From positions 2,701 through 66,700 of the forward strand of contig CAZMUN010000002.1 in assembly GCA_964569815.1 (NCBI GenBank): a DNA stretch of 64,000 bases. The letters are read 5' to 3'. The translations under genes and the position numbers were made by a program. The stretch comes from an uncultured archaeon (GTDB lineage Archaea > Iainarchaeota > Iainarchaeia > Iainarchaeales > GCA-2688035). Below are positions 1-9,625 of the stretch, in pieces (position 1 is the first letter of the stretch; each line of letters begins with the position of its first letter). The notes beneath the pieces were generated by a model that did no database searches, had not been told where the DNA came from, and saw only the letters and a program-made list of their open reading frames with translations.

Positions 1-347
1 CAGGGGGAAGGTTTATTTTTGCCGCGCCTGGAGCGACATATGTTTTCGCGCACAGCATACCGGTTGAAAAAAACGGAAAAATAAGCTTTGCTGGGCCTGC
101 AACCAACATCGTTCTGGGTTTTTTGCTTTTGTTCCTTTCATTGCTGGCCACAAGCCAGCTTTTGTTTGACGTGCTGTTTTATTCGGCTTGGATAAATTTT
201 TGGTTTGCTTTCTTCAACCTTTTGCCGATCGGCCCCTTGGATGGCGGCAAGGTAATGATGTGGAACAAGGGCATATGGATTGTGGGCCTGCTTTTGGCTG
301 CAGCAATGGCTTTCTTTCCAACAATTGTCTTTGCCTTGGTTGCGTAA
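1..347 (+). CDS. Site-2 protease (peptidase M50) family membrane metalloprotease, C-terminal fragment (5' end lies outside the window)
   Basis: Open frame from position 3 with no stop. Translation reads ...ISFAGPATNIVLGFLL...NLLPIGPLDGGKVMMW, the S2P C-terminal LDGG motif, in a hydrophobic TM context. Confidence 0.6.
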   Translation, partial: GGRFIFAAPGATYVFAHSIPVEKNGKISFAGPATNIVLGFLLLFLSLLATSQLLFDVLFYSAWINFWFAFFNLLPIGPLDGGKVMMWNKGIWIVGLLLAAAMAFFPTIVFALVA

Positions 348-370
348 AAGGGCATCCGCTGGCTGTTTGG

Positions 371-3300
371 CTATCCGACATAGCTTGGCTTGAATTCGGC
401 ATGGTGCTCTTCGAAGCGGTCGTAGGCTTCTTCAAGCTTTGGCGTTATGGTCGGCTTTGCCTTTTTCAGGGCCTTTTCCAGGTGGGTCCTTCCCACAGGC
501 CCTGGCTTCATCTTTCTTTCCTTTAAGGCAATCAACGCTGCAGACCTTATGAGCCCTTCTATGTCTGCGCCGGTAAAGCCTTCGGTCTGTTCAACCAACT
601 CATCCAATGAAACCTCTTTTGCAAGGGCTACATTCCTTGTATGCACCTTGAAAATCGCCATACGGCCTGTTTTGTCAGGGGCTTCAACCTTTACAAGCTT
701 GTCTATTCTGCCAGGCCTTAAAAGCCCTGGGTCCATGAGGTCGGGCCTGTTGGTTGCCGCCATGAAAACAACGTTCCTGTTTTGTTCTATGCCATCAAGC
801 TCTGTCAAAAGCTGGTTTACAACCCGTTCAGTGGCATGGGAATCGGAGCCCGAGCCGCGCCTTGATGCAATGCTGTCGATTTCGTCAAAGAACACAATGC
901 ATGGTGCAACCTGCCTTGCTTTCCTAAAAACCTTTCTGATGCCTTTTTCGCTGTTATGCGCAAATAGGCCGCCGAACCCTGCAACAAAGTTTTGGCCGGG
1001 CTCAACCGAGATGTCATAGACTGGACCTTCATAGTGGATTTCTTCAATTTTTTTAACGGGGTCCCAAAAGATGTCGGCTTCAACAAGTTTCCACAACTCA
1101 GGGTACTTTTGCCTCTTCAGATCAACAAGGCAAAGGGCCTCTTGTATCTTGCCCTTCCCAACACCACTGTTTTGGGGGTAACTCACAAAAGCCTCTTCAA
1201 GCAGGGACCTTATCTTTGGGTTAACCGGAACCGCATTGCTTCTTACCCAATGGGCTTTGCTTATTTGCTCATGGAGCATTGAGTTTCTTTTTCTGTCAAT
1301 AAAGCCTGCAGGGGCAAAGCGCTTAAAATTTTCCACTCCGAAAATTTGTACCCTGTAGCTGATTGAACCATTCCATTCCTCTTTAACAGCACAGCTGGCA
1401 ACGATTCCTAATTTTAAGAGCAGGAACAGGAGGTCGCTGGCAAGCTTTTCACTAACAGTTGTTGCCTCAATCATATAGCTTTTACCATTGCTTCTGATAG
1501 TGCCGTCACCGCTAAAATAGCCCCGCAGGAAGGCATGCGCAGATGCATTGGATGAAACAAGCAGGTTGTCCGGGATTCTTTTGGCAAACGCACCGCTTAC
1601 TAAGCCAAATGCCTTGAAAACTTGGGTTAAAGTTGTACTGTTTATCACTATTCCTGCGCCCTTAACTGCCGAGTATTTTAAACCAAGCCTGTCAAGCGTT
1701 TCGCAGGCCCTTTGCAGAATCTCTTGGTTTACGATTGAAAGCCTTGGAACGTTGCTGTTGAAGTCACCTTCTGCAACCCACAGCCCAAACAGTTCAAACA
1801 GCTCTTCGGACAAAGGAAGCAAAGCAGGCAGGCGGTTTCTGCAGCCCTTTCCGGAGATTTTAGCTTCGCTTAAATTGAGTTCTTTTTTTGATTTCTGCAA
1901 AAGGCTGGTGAAGTTCTTCAGGCTTAAAGGCAGGTTTTTGTATGCTATATCATAAAGGTATTTTTGCTTCAGCCCGGTTAAAGACTTTGCCTCTTTGTAG
2001 CCAAGCTCGGCAATCAGTTCACTAACTTGCGGCGAGGAAATAAAAAAACCGTTTTTTTGCCGGAACAATTCGAATAGGTTCAGGCAGCCATCCCCAATGG
2101 TTATATTGGGGATTTTGGAGGGAACCGCCAAAACGCTCTTGCCTTCAACAAGCCGCGTAGGGGAAACAGGCTCTATCTCGTTTTCAACGAGCGAGAACAG
2201 GGAATGTTTATCTGTAACCCTGATCTTCCTGCCTGTCTTTGTGGTTATCTGCAGCATCTTTCCCCTAAGAGGATGCTTTATAAAATCAGCTATCTTTGAA
2301 AAGAACGCTTTTCCGTCGTTATCAAAGGTTACCACTTGGAGGCTTTTCCTCTCTTCAACAATTTTTCCAATCTTCTCCCTGAAGATTCTTTTTCCGTCAA
2401 AAACTAGAAGTTCCTCGTCGTAAGGCAGGCTCTCTCCAACCCACATGCTTAAAAGTTCCGGCCCTTTGACGGAAATGAAGTTTGCCTCTGATTCCGAAGC
2501 AACGGCTTTTGCAAGAAGGGTTTTCCCTGTTCCAGGCGGCCCAAAAAGCATTATTCCTGCCGGAGGCTTTATTCCCATTTTTTTAAAGCTTTCAGGCTTC
2601 TTTAAAGGCCATTCAACAGCCTGCTTAAGCTCTTCTTTTGCCTCTTCCAGGTCGCCAACATCGGACCACTTAACATTGGGTATTTCAATGGTCACTTCCC
2701 TTAAGGCAGAGGGCTGCACATCCTTTAAGCCGTTTTGGAAGTCGCGCTTGTTCACTTCCAAGGATTCAAGGATTTCCTGGGGAATCTTTTCCTCCTCCAA
2801 ATCGATTTTTGGAATGTATCTGCGAAGGGCTTTCATTGCAGCCTCTTTTCCCAAGGCAGCTAAATCCGCGCCAACAAAGCCGTGTGTGATGGATGCAAAA
2901 AACTCTAGTTCAACGTCTTTTGCCAAAGGCATTCCCCTTGTGTGAATCAACAGAATTTCTTTCCTTGACTTTTTGTCAGGCACAGGGAACTCTATTTCGC
3001 GGTCAAACCTGCCAGGCCTGCGCAAAGCTTCATCAAGGCTGTTCACGCGGTTGGTTGCTGCAATCACTATTACGTTTCCCCGTGCTTCCAAGCCGTCCAT
3101 AAGGGAAAGTATTTGGGCTACTACACGCCTTTCAACTTCGCCTACAACCTCTTCTCGCTTTGGGGCAATGGCGTCAATTTCGTCAATGAAAATAATGCTT
3201 GGAGCGTTTTCTTCCGCTTCCTTGAAAATCTGCCTTATTCTTTCCTCGGCTTCGCCGACAAACTTTGACATTATTTCAGGGGCATTTATTGAAATAAAGT

Positions 3301-4036
3301 GGGCCTGTGTTTCGCTTGCAACGGCTTTTGCAAGAAGGGTTTTCCCTGTTCCAGGCGGCCCAAACAAAAGAACGCCTTTTGGCGGAACAATTCCAAGCTT
3401 TCTGAACAGCTCAGGGTGCTTCATTGGCAGTTCAACCATTTCGCGGACTTTTCTTATGGGCTCATCCAAGCCGCCTATGTCATCATAGGAAACGGTTGGA
3501 ATGGCTTCAGGCTCTGTTTTGACAGGCTTTTCTTTGAGGGTTATTTGGGTAAAGTCAGTCACCTTTATTATGCCTCTTGGATTGGTGTCTACCACGCGGT
3601 AAACAAAACCTGAGCCAAAAACGCTTATCCAGACACTGTCCCCCAAAGTTAGGGGCCTGCCGAGAAAATTCTTTTTAAGTATGCGGTCATAGCCTGATGC
3701 AATTATCCTTATTTCCTGTGTAGGCGCCAAAACGATTTTTTTTGCTTCTTTTGGGGAACCTTTTTTTACCGTAACCTTTTCTCCAAGGCCGGCTCCTGTG
3801 TTGTGCCTTATGAAGCTGTCCATTCTTATCAAAAGCTTGCCTTCGTCTTCACTGCGGGCAGGCCATACGGTTGCAGCTGTTTTCTTTTGGCCTTCGATTT
3901 CAATTATGTCTCCGCTTGTTATGCCAAGAGTGCGCTTGGTTTCCCTGTCCAGGGTAACGATGTTTCGGCCAACATGTGTAGGGTCAGGGTCTGCTACCTT
4001 TAAGTCTACGCTTTTTTCCTGCATTTTTGCATACAA
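371..4036 (-). CDS. cdc48: Cdc48/VCP-like AAA+ ATPase (N-domain plus D1 and D2), interrupted by an intein in D2
   Basis: Two Walker A sites [16 protein letters not shown]1 has [11 protein letters not shown]2 has WVGE|intein|[29 protein letters not shown]. Extein total is about 728 aa, typical for Cdc48. Confidence 0.9.
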   Translation of the reverse strand: MYAKMQEKSVDLKVADPDPTHVGRNIVTLDRETKRTLGITSGDIIEIEGQKKTAATVWPARSEDEGKLLIRMDSFIRHNTGAGLGEKVTVKKGSPKEAKKIVLAPTQEIRIIASGYDRILKKNFLGRPLTLGDSVWISVFGSGFVYRVVDTNPRGIIKVTDFTQITLKEKPVKTEPEAIPTVSYDDIGGLDEPIRKVREMVELPMKHPELFRKLGIVPPKGVLLFGPPGTGKTLLAKAVASETQAHFISINAPEIMSKFVGEAEERIRQIFKEAEENAPSIIFIDEIDAIAPKREEVVGEVERRVVAQILSLMDGLEARGNVIVIAATNRVNSLDEALRRPGRFDREIEFPVPDKKSRKEILLIHTRGMPLAKDVELEFFASITHGFVGADLAALGKEAAMKALRRYIPKIDLEEEKIPQEILESLEVNKRDFQNGLKDVQPSALREVTIEIPNVKWSDVGDLEEAKEELKQAVEWPLKKPESFKKMGIKPPAGIMLFGPPGTGKTLLAKAVASESEANFISVKGPELLSMWVGESLPYDEELLVFDGKRIFREKIGKIVEERKSLQVVTFDNDGKAFFSKIADFIKHPLRGKMLQITTKTGRKIRVTDKHSLFSLVENEIEPVSPTRLVEGKSVLAVPSKIPNITIGDGCLNLFELFRQKNGFFISSPQVSELIAELGYKEAKSLTGLKQKYLYDIAYKNLPLSLKNFTSLLQKSKKELNLSEAKISGKGCRNRLPALLPLSEELFELFGLWVAEGDFNSNVPRLSIVNQEILQRACETLDRLGLKYSAVKGAGIVINSTTLTQVFKAFGLVSGAFAKRIPDNLLVSSNASAHAFLRGYFSGDGTIRSNGKSYMIEATTVSEKLASDLLFLLLKLGIVASCAVKEEWNGSISYRVQIFGVENFKRFAPAGFIDRKRNSMLHEQISKAHWVRSNAVPVNPKIRSLLEEAFVSYPQNSGVGKGKIQEALCLVDLKRQKYPELWKLVEADIFWDPVKKIEEIHYEGPVYDISVEPGQNFVAGFGGLFAHNSEKGIRKVFRKARQVAPCIVFFDEIDSIASRRGSGSDSHATERVVNQLLTELDGIEQNRNVVFMAATNRPDLMDPGLLRPGRIDKLVKVEAPDKTGRMAIFKVHTRNVALAKEVSLDELVEQTEGFTGADIEGLIRSAALIALKERKMKPGPVGRTHLEKALKKAKPTITPKLEEAYDRFEEHHAEFKPSYVG
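953..2431 (-). mobile_element. Intein (about 493 aa) with LAGLIDADG homing-endonuclease domain inside cdc48 D2
   Basis: Begins with Ser right after WVGE and ends ...[23 protein letters not shown], followed by Ser of SEKGIRK. Block B is TDKH. Two LAGLIDADG motifs are [12 protein letters not shown] and [12 protein letters not shown]. Splicing out restores the canonical WVGESEKGIR. Confidence 0.85.
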
Positions 4037-4069
4037 CTCCCTTTAAATCTATTATTTTACTGGAAAGAA

Positions 4070-4855
4070 TTAAAAGCGTTCCTTAATGGAAAGCCTGTCT
4101 CCAGGCAAAACCGTGATGATGGCTTCCAGTGACAGTTTTTTCCCACCAAACCTTTTGAGCAAGGTTTTGGCTATATCGCTTCTTTTTTCGTTTCCAAAGC
4201 CAATTCTGGCAAAATCCAAGCAATTTTTTTTCACGGCAGAGGAAGGGCCGCCCATTGGAACAAAGCCTTGGTCGAGGTTGAGAAGCCCTAGCGCAAAATC
4301 AAGCGGGGTTTTTCTAAACCATTGCCTTTTGCCGTAAACCATGAAAGCCCCTGTTCCAAGAGATTCCCCGCTTGGAGCGCTTTTTGAAACCTGTTCTTTG
4401 GGGACAGCGTAAACGTCCACGCTTGGAAGCTGCTGGGACCAGGCCTTGCTTCTTACAGCCGCAAATTCTGCTGCTTCCCGAATGCTTTGCTGAGGAATTT
4501 TTTTTCCATCGGATTTTACAGCAACTGATGCCGCTCCCTGGATGTCTGCGTGAAGAAAGAGGTCTTTTTCTGAAAGATGCTTTTTTACAACTGTTTCGTT
4601 GCTTTTGGCGTCACGGCCTGCTATGACAAGAAAGCCCTGACTGGTTTTGAACCAGTGAAAGGCCTGAAACCAGTGGGTTTTGGCCTTTTTGGAAAGCTTT
4701 TCCGGCTTTGGCTTTTTCTGCCTGCTGGCCTTTTTTTCCATGCCAGCCATGGCTGTCCTTAGGCCTGCAAGCTTCTTTTTGGCCTTTTTGCTTTTATCAA
4801 AGTAGGATGAAGCATTCTCTTCCAGGCTTTTCCCCAAATCCAATTCAACGTCCAT
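4070..4855 (-). CDS. NFACT-R (DUF814) domain protein, resembling the C-terminal half of RqcH/NEMF/Tae2
   Basis: WFQAFHWFKTSQGFLVIAGRDAKSNETVVKKHL...HADIQGAASV matches the DUF814 core. There is a lysine-rich N-terminal segment. Confidence 0.55.
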   Translation of the reverse strand: MDVELDLGKSLEENASSYFDKSKKAKKKLAGLRTAMAGMEKKASRQKKPKPEKLSKKAKTHWFQAFHWFKTSQGFLVIAGRDAKSNETVVKKHLSEKDLFLHADIQGAASVAVKSDGKKIPQQSIREAAEFAAVRSKAWSQQLPSVDVYAVPKEQVSKSAPSGESLGTGAFMVYGKRQWFRKTPLDFALGLLNLDQGFVPMGGPSSAVKKNCLDFARIGFGNEKRSDIAKTLLKRFGGKKLSLEAIITVLPGDRLSIKERF

Positions 4856-4881
4856 AGCAAAAACACTGCAAAAGCATTTAA

Positions 4882-5403
4882 CTAGCTTTTCCCGCCCTCT
4901 TTGATTAATTCAACTATGCTTTTGGTCCTGCTTTCTTGCTTAAAAACAGGCTCAACTGAAAAAAAGTTCTGAAGGTTTTTTACTGCTGCATGGTATCCTG
5001 GTATTGACATATACCTGGACTGGAATTCCTTGTGGCAGGATTCAACGTCCTTGTGGATATGCCTTACCATCACGTTCCAGTTTCCGCCGGCCATTACAGA
5101 GCTTATCCAGTAAACATGGGGGTCTTTTTCCGCTACACCAAGAATTTTTTCAAAAATTTTTTGGTTGCCCATGTCAATCTGGTAAAGGGTTGTAACTTCC
5201 AAATCATACCCCAGTTTGCGAAAATCTATTTTTGGGCCAAAGCCCTTCAAAACAGCTTCTTTTTCAAGAAAGGCAAGGCTGCTTTTGATTGTAGCCTTAT
5301 GGTATCCAGTGGCCTTTTGAATCTGGCGTATGTTTGGCTGAACACTGCCTTTTTTGAGAAGGGCCTCAAGCAGGTTTACCCTAATTTCATCGTTTACCTT
5401 CAT
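4882..5403 (-). CDS. Winged-helix transcriptional regulator (Lrp/AsnC-like HTH with a C-terminal domain)
   Basis: HTH is MKVNDEIRVNLLEALLKKGSVQPNIRQIQKATGYHKATIKSSLAFLEKEAV. Start chosen at the internal ATG at 5403. The longer track ORF (to 5649) would run through an AT-rich promoter-like region and overlap the topA stop. Confidence 0.5.
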   Translation of the reverse strand: MKVNDEIRVNLLEALLKKGSVQPNIRQIQKATGYHKATIKSSLAFLEKEAVLKGFGPKIDFRKLGYDLEVTTLYQIDMGNQKIFEKILGVAEKDPHVYWISSVMAGGNWNVMVRHIHKDVESCHKEFQSRYMSIPGYHAAVKNLQNFFSVEPVFKQESRTKSIVELIKEGGKS

Positions 5404-5575
5404 CTGATTAGGCAAAAATACCACAAATATAGATAATGGAACATTTTTAAAAACAAACGTGTTTAAAATGGAACACAAAAAACTCAAGAGTTGATATAAA
5501 GATGTTAAGCGCATATATTTACGCAGTAAAAAGGAGGGATTTACTAGAATAGGTTGCATAGAATTTACACAATGA

Positions 5576-5647
5576 GTTGAGAGAAGGGGAATAGGCTCAC
5601 CAGGCTCAAACTGGCTCTCGAAAAAAAGAGTTTTCCCTTCTCTCAAC
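5576..5647 (-). terminator. Hairpin (13-bp stem GTTGAGAGAAGGG/CCCTTCTCTCAAC) overlapping the topA stop codon, with T7 run in the loop
   Basis: Inverted repeat read from sequence. Functional role not established. Confidence 0.25.
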
Positions 5648-7745
5648 AACCTACTTCTTTTTTTCCGTTCTGCTCTTTAGAGGCGTTTTTTGCAAAATTT
5701 TTCCTCGATTTCTTGTTTTTGCCCCAGTTTTCCTTGGATTTGCAGTTTGGGTCAATGCACATCTTGTAGCGGTATCGCCTTGCATTGACCTTTATCATAA
5801 GGTTGTTGCATTCAGGGCATCTTTCTGGCTCCAAAGAAGAAACAGAGCCCTTTTGCGGCAAAGGATAGGTTACAGTGCATTTTGGGTAAGCGGTGCAGCC
5901 CAGAAACCTTTTTCCTGAACGGCCGCGCCTTATGATTAGCTCTCCTTTGCAGTCTTTTCCAGGGCAGGGCCCGATTATGGAGTCGGCTCTTGCAGCATTC
6001 CTTATCTTGGAGCCTATTTCGTTCCTGTTTTTCAAAAGCGGGTCCAAGGCCTTGGAAAGGAAGGCCCGGCTTTCTTTGACAACGTCCTGCTTCGCTTTTT
6101 TGCCGTTGGCAACAAGGTCCATTTCCTTTTCAAGGTTTGCAGTCATCTCAGGCTTCACCACTGCACTTTCATGCTTTTGAAGGCTGTCTACGACAGCAAA
6201 AGCTATTTTTGTCGGAATCAGGGCCTTCTGGCCCTCAACGTAGTGCCGGCTGTAAAGCTTTTGAATGGTTTCAGCACGGGTTGACTTTGTTCCAAGGTTG
6301 AGCTCAGACATGGCTTTGATCAAAGAGCCCTGGCTGTATCTTGCAGGAGGCTGGGTTTCCTTTTCAAGCAAGTCAAGCTTTTCAAGGCTGGCCTTGTCGC
6401 CTTTTTTTAGCGCAGGAAGAATGGTTTCCGTTGCCTTGCTGTAAGGGTAAAAAAGCTTCCAGCCTTTTTCAAGGTAACGCTGGCCTTTTGCAACAAAAGG
6501 CTCTTTGTTCAAATCAATGCCAACTGAAAGGTTTTCGGTTACTGCGTCGTCTGCCAGCGTCGCCATAAAGCGCCTGCAGACCAACTCATAGATTTTCCAG
6601 CTCAGGGCATCAAGCTTTCCTTTTGGCACGGCCGAAACAGGGTGAATCGGCGGATGGTCTTTTGCTTCCTTTCCACGGCTGGCTTCAAGTTTTCCTTTTT
6701 CTAAAAGCCTGGAAACAAGCCCCTGAAAATCGGAAACCTTGGCCAGCTCATTCAGCGTTGCCTTTAAGTCAAGGGTCTTTGGGTAAACCGAGTTGTCTGT
6801 TCGCGGGTAAGAAATGTAACCTGCCTGATACAAGGATTCCGCGACTTGCATTGCACGGCCTGCAGAAAGGCCCAAAGAGGTTGAAGCCCTAAGAAAGGAA
6901 GTGGTGTTAAAAGGCAGTGGCTTGGAAAGAGTCTTTTTTGATTTTTTCACAGAGGAAACTGTTCCAACAGGCGGCTCTCCGCATTTGCTGGCTTGGCCTG
7001 CTTCAGACTTGTTCCAAAACTTGCCTTTTTTGTGAACGGCTTCAAATTTTTTTTGGTCTTTTTCAAACAGTGCTGAAAGAACCCAGTATTTTTTTGCCTT
7101 AAAAGCCATTCTTTCCTTTTCCCTGTCCACTATTAAAGCAAGCGTTGGCCCCTGAACGCGGCCTGTTGAAAGAAACTCTTTTCCCAAACGGCCAGAAATC
7201 AGTGAAAGAAACCTTGTTAGTACAGCGCCCCAAACAAGGTCTATTTCACGCCTTGAATTCGCGCTTTCAGCAAGGTCAAAGTCAAGCTTTCCAAGGCTCG
7301 AAAACGCGTCTTCGATGTCTTTTTTGGTTATGGCGGAAAAGATGGCTCTTTTCACTTCAAGCCCTGGGCTGGCTTCTTTAAGGATGTTTAAAGCTTCCAA
7401 GCCGATTGCTTCGCCTTCACGGTCTGCGTCTGTTGCAATCACAACCTCGTCTACCTCTGAAGCAATTTTTTTCAAAAGCCCTGAAATGCTGCGCTCTGTT
7501 TTCTGGTAGCTTATTTCTGCATCGGCAAGCTTTTTCAAATCGGTTCCAAGCCACTGCTGGTAGCGGATAGGAAAGTCCACGTCCACTATATGACCCGACA
7601 ATGGAACAACTGTGTAGAGCTTGCCATCCCTTTCAAAATCAAACCTGACGGCATTTTCCGACCGGGTTCCAGGAACCTGCTTTCCGGCAAGAAAGGCCGC
7701 AATTCTCCTGCCAGCAATGGCCTTCTCCGCAATTATTAGAATCAT
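5643..7745 (-). CDS. topA: DNA topoisomerase I (type IA) with Toprim domain and C-terminal zinc ribbons
   Basis: N-terminal Toprim MILIIAEKAIAGRRIA...TDADREGE. C-terminal CPGKDCKGEL...GCTAYPKCTV...CPECNNLMIKV zinc fingers. No helicase domain, so not reverse gyrase. Confidence 0.85.
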   Translation of the reverse strand: MILIIAEKAIAGRRIAAFLAGKQVPGTRSENAVRFDFERDGKLYTVVPLSGHIVDVDFPIRYQQWLGTDLKKLADAEISYQKTERSISGLLKKIASEVDEVVIATDADREGEAIGLEALNILKEASPGLEVKRAIFSAITKKDIEDAFSSLGKLDFDLAESANSRREIDLVWGAVLTRFLSLISGRLGKEFLSTGRVQGPTLALIVDREKERMAFKAKKYWVLSALFEKDQKKFEAVHKKGKFWNKSEAGQASKCGEPPVGTVSSVKKSKKTLSKPLPFNTTSFLRASTSLGLSAGRAMQVAESLYQAGYISYPRTDNSVYPKTLDLKATLNELAKVSDFQGLVSRLLEKGKLEASRGKEAKDHPPIHPVSAVPKGKLDALSWKIYELVCRRFMATLADDAVTENLSVGIDLNKEPFVAKGQRYLEKGWKLFYPYSKATETILPALKKGDKASLEKLDLLEKETQPPARYSQGSLIKAMSELNLGTKSTRAETIQKLYSRHYVEGQKALIPTKIAFAVVDSLQKHESAVVKPEMTANLEKEMDLVANGKKAKQDVVKESRAFLSKALDPLLKNRNEIGSKIRNAARADSIIGPCPGKDCKGELIIRRGRSGKRFLGCTAYPKCTVTYPLPQKGSVSSLEPERCPECNNLMIKVNARRYRYKMCIDPNCKSKENWGKNKKSRKNFAKNASKEQNGKKEVGC

Positions 7746-7817
7746 TTCAAATCAAGACTTTTTCAACTATCTTCTGTAACAAAAACTATAAAAACAAAGA
7801 AGAGCTTTTCTTGCTAC

Positions 7818-9089
7818 ATGGCCCTTAACGGCTTCATGCAGGCTCCAGTTGAACCGCTTTTGCTTATGACACAGCTTGCCATAATTCTGGCACTGGGAAT
7901 AGTGGCAAAAGATGTTGCAAACAAAACAAAGCTTCCTTTCGTCATACTTTTAGTGGTGTTTGGAACAGTTTTTGCCTCAATAGGAACTTTAAACCTGGAA
8001 TCAATGGGAAATTTGCCCGACCTTATCAGAATCCTTGCCCTTATAATAGTGGTTTTCAGCGCAGGCTTCAACCTAAAGCTCCGAGAAGTCCAAGCAGACG
8101 GAAAACTCATTCTCAGCTTGGCAACCCTGGGCGTTTTTCTAGCCATGTTTATTGTAAGCGGAATAACCTTTGCATTGCTGAGCATTCCCCTGCTTAGCGC
8201 AATAGTTTTGGGCGCGCTTTTAAGCGGAAACGACAGCGCTGTTATTAGCTCGGTGGAAGCCCCAAAGCAGGACCGCATAAAGACCATTCTTTTAACAGAG
8301 TCTGTTTTCAACCAGCCTCTTACCTTGATTCTGCCGCTGATTCTGCTGGATTACCTGATAAAACCCGAAATGGCCTGGCTCAACATCCCAAAATTCTTTG
8401 GAATGCTTTTAATTGGCGGAATTGTTGGCGTGGGCGGGGCGTTCTGGGGCCAAAAAATACTCGAGGCAAGCAGGCACAAGCACGAGGAAATAATTGGCTT
8501 GATGATAGCAATAGGAGTCTATGTAATAAGCGAAAACTTTTTCGGTTCAGGAATAGTTGCCGTTGCCATAACCTCGCTTCTGCTAAGCAGCTCGGCAAAA
8601 AAAGAAACCAAGCTTTTGGGAAAATTCACAGAACAGCTTGCCTTCCTTTTCACAATCTTTGTTTTTGTTCTGCTTGGAATGCAGTTCACTTTAGGCGAAC
8701 TGGCAGTGCTTGGAATAACAAGGTATGAAGTTATAGTCATTGCAGTCGCCCTTCTGATTGCAAGAATTGTTTCAGTCGGGCTTCTTACCCACAAAACAGA
8801 CCTGGGCTTTTTGCAAAGAATAAAGCTTGGGCTGATTTCCCCAAAGGGAATCGGGCCGGCGGCCATGGCCCCGCTGTTTGTGGCCTTCGGGGTAACAGGT
8901 TCAGACACCATACTAAAAATAGTCTACATCGCAATAATAGTGAGTGTCTTCATTTCGATGGCGGCATTCAGCTTTGGAATGAGCCAAAAGACGATCAAAG
9001 AACAAAGAAAAGAAAAAAAACAGGAAAGAAAATACAAAAAAGAAGAAGAGGCTAAAGCTTCTTCTGCAAAGACTCAGAAGGCAAAATAG
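7818..9089 (+). CDS. Na+/H+ (cation:proton) antiporter, CPA1 family, with a lysine-rich C-terminal tail
   Basis: Multi-TM protein with CPA-like N-terminal segments. C-terminus is KEQRKEKKQERKYKKEEEAKASSAKTQKAK. Confidence 0.6.
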   Translation: MALNGFMQAPVEPLLLMTQLAIILALGIVAKDVANKTKLPFVILLVVFGTVFASIGTLNLESMGNLPDLIRILALIIVVFSAGFNLKLREVQADGKLILSLATLGVFLAMFIVSGITFALLSIPLLSAIVLGALLSGNDSAVISSVEAPKQDRIKTILLTESVFNQPLTLILPLILLDYLIKPEMAWLNIPKFFGMLLIGGIVGVGGAFWGQKILEASRHKHEEIIGLMIAIGVYVISENFFGSGIVAVAITSLLLSSSAKKETKLLGKFTEQLAFLFTIFVFVLLGMQFTLGELAVLGITRYEVIVIAVALLIARIVSVGLLTHKTDLGFLQRIKLGLISPKGIGPAAMAPLFVAFGVTGSDTILKIVYIAIIVSVFISMAAFSFGMSQKTIKEQRKEKKQERKYKKEEEAKASSAKTQKAK

Positions 9090-9534
9090 GGCCCTGCTTC
9101 AATTCAGACAAAACCACCAGTGCCTTAAGGTCTATTACCCCGTCAAGCAATCCAATCCTCGAAATCGCCTTTTCAGCCTGGCCCAAGTCGTTTACAACGA
9201 TTTTTGCAAGCAGGTTGTATTCACCCAAAACCTGGTACAATTCAACAACGTAATCCAAATCATTGAGCTTTTTGAAAAGGTCCTTGTTCTTCCCTATCTC
9301 GGAGCGAACCTGAACATAAACAGGGTTTTCAAAGCCCAATGCCTTGAGGTTGAGGCTGGCGCTTATGCCGCTTATGATGCCACGCCTTTTAAGGCTTTCA
9401 ACACGCTTCTTTACAGCAACGTCAGTCAGAGAAGTCTGCTTGGCAATGCTGCTGAAACTCGCCCTGCCGTCGTTCAAAAGGTTTTTCAAAATCGTCAAAT
9501 CAATTTTGTCAAAGCTAGCCTGCATTAAAAACAC
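9052..9534 (-). CDS. Lrp/AsnC family transcriptional regulator (HTH plus RAM domain)
   Basis: IDLTILKNLLNDGRASFSSIAKQTSLTDVAVKKRVESLKRRGII followed by a RAM-like domain. Convergent 38-bp overlap with the antiporter tail. Confidence 0.8.
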   Translation of the reverse strand: MFLMQASFDKIDLTILKNLLNDGRASFSSIAKQTSLTDVAVKKRVESLKRRGIISGISASLNLKALGFENPVYVQVRSEIGKNKDLFKKLNDLDYVVELYQVLGEYNLLAKIVVNDLGQAEKAISRIGLLDGVIDLKALVVLSELKQGPILPSESLQKKL

Positions 9535-9625
9535 TCCACCATCATTAATAATTCAAATAAAAGTTTATTAAAAAGTTTGCTTTCCAAAGGCCAAAATTAG
9601 GCAGTTAAGGGTTTCGCAGCACCCT

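Noticed and set aside
5404-5649. N-terminal 82 codons of the track ORF 4882..5649
   Set aside because: Would run through an AT-rich intergenic/promoter region and overlap the topA stop. The HTH begins at the ATG at 5403.
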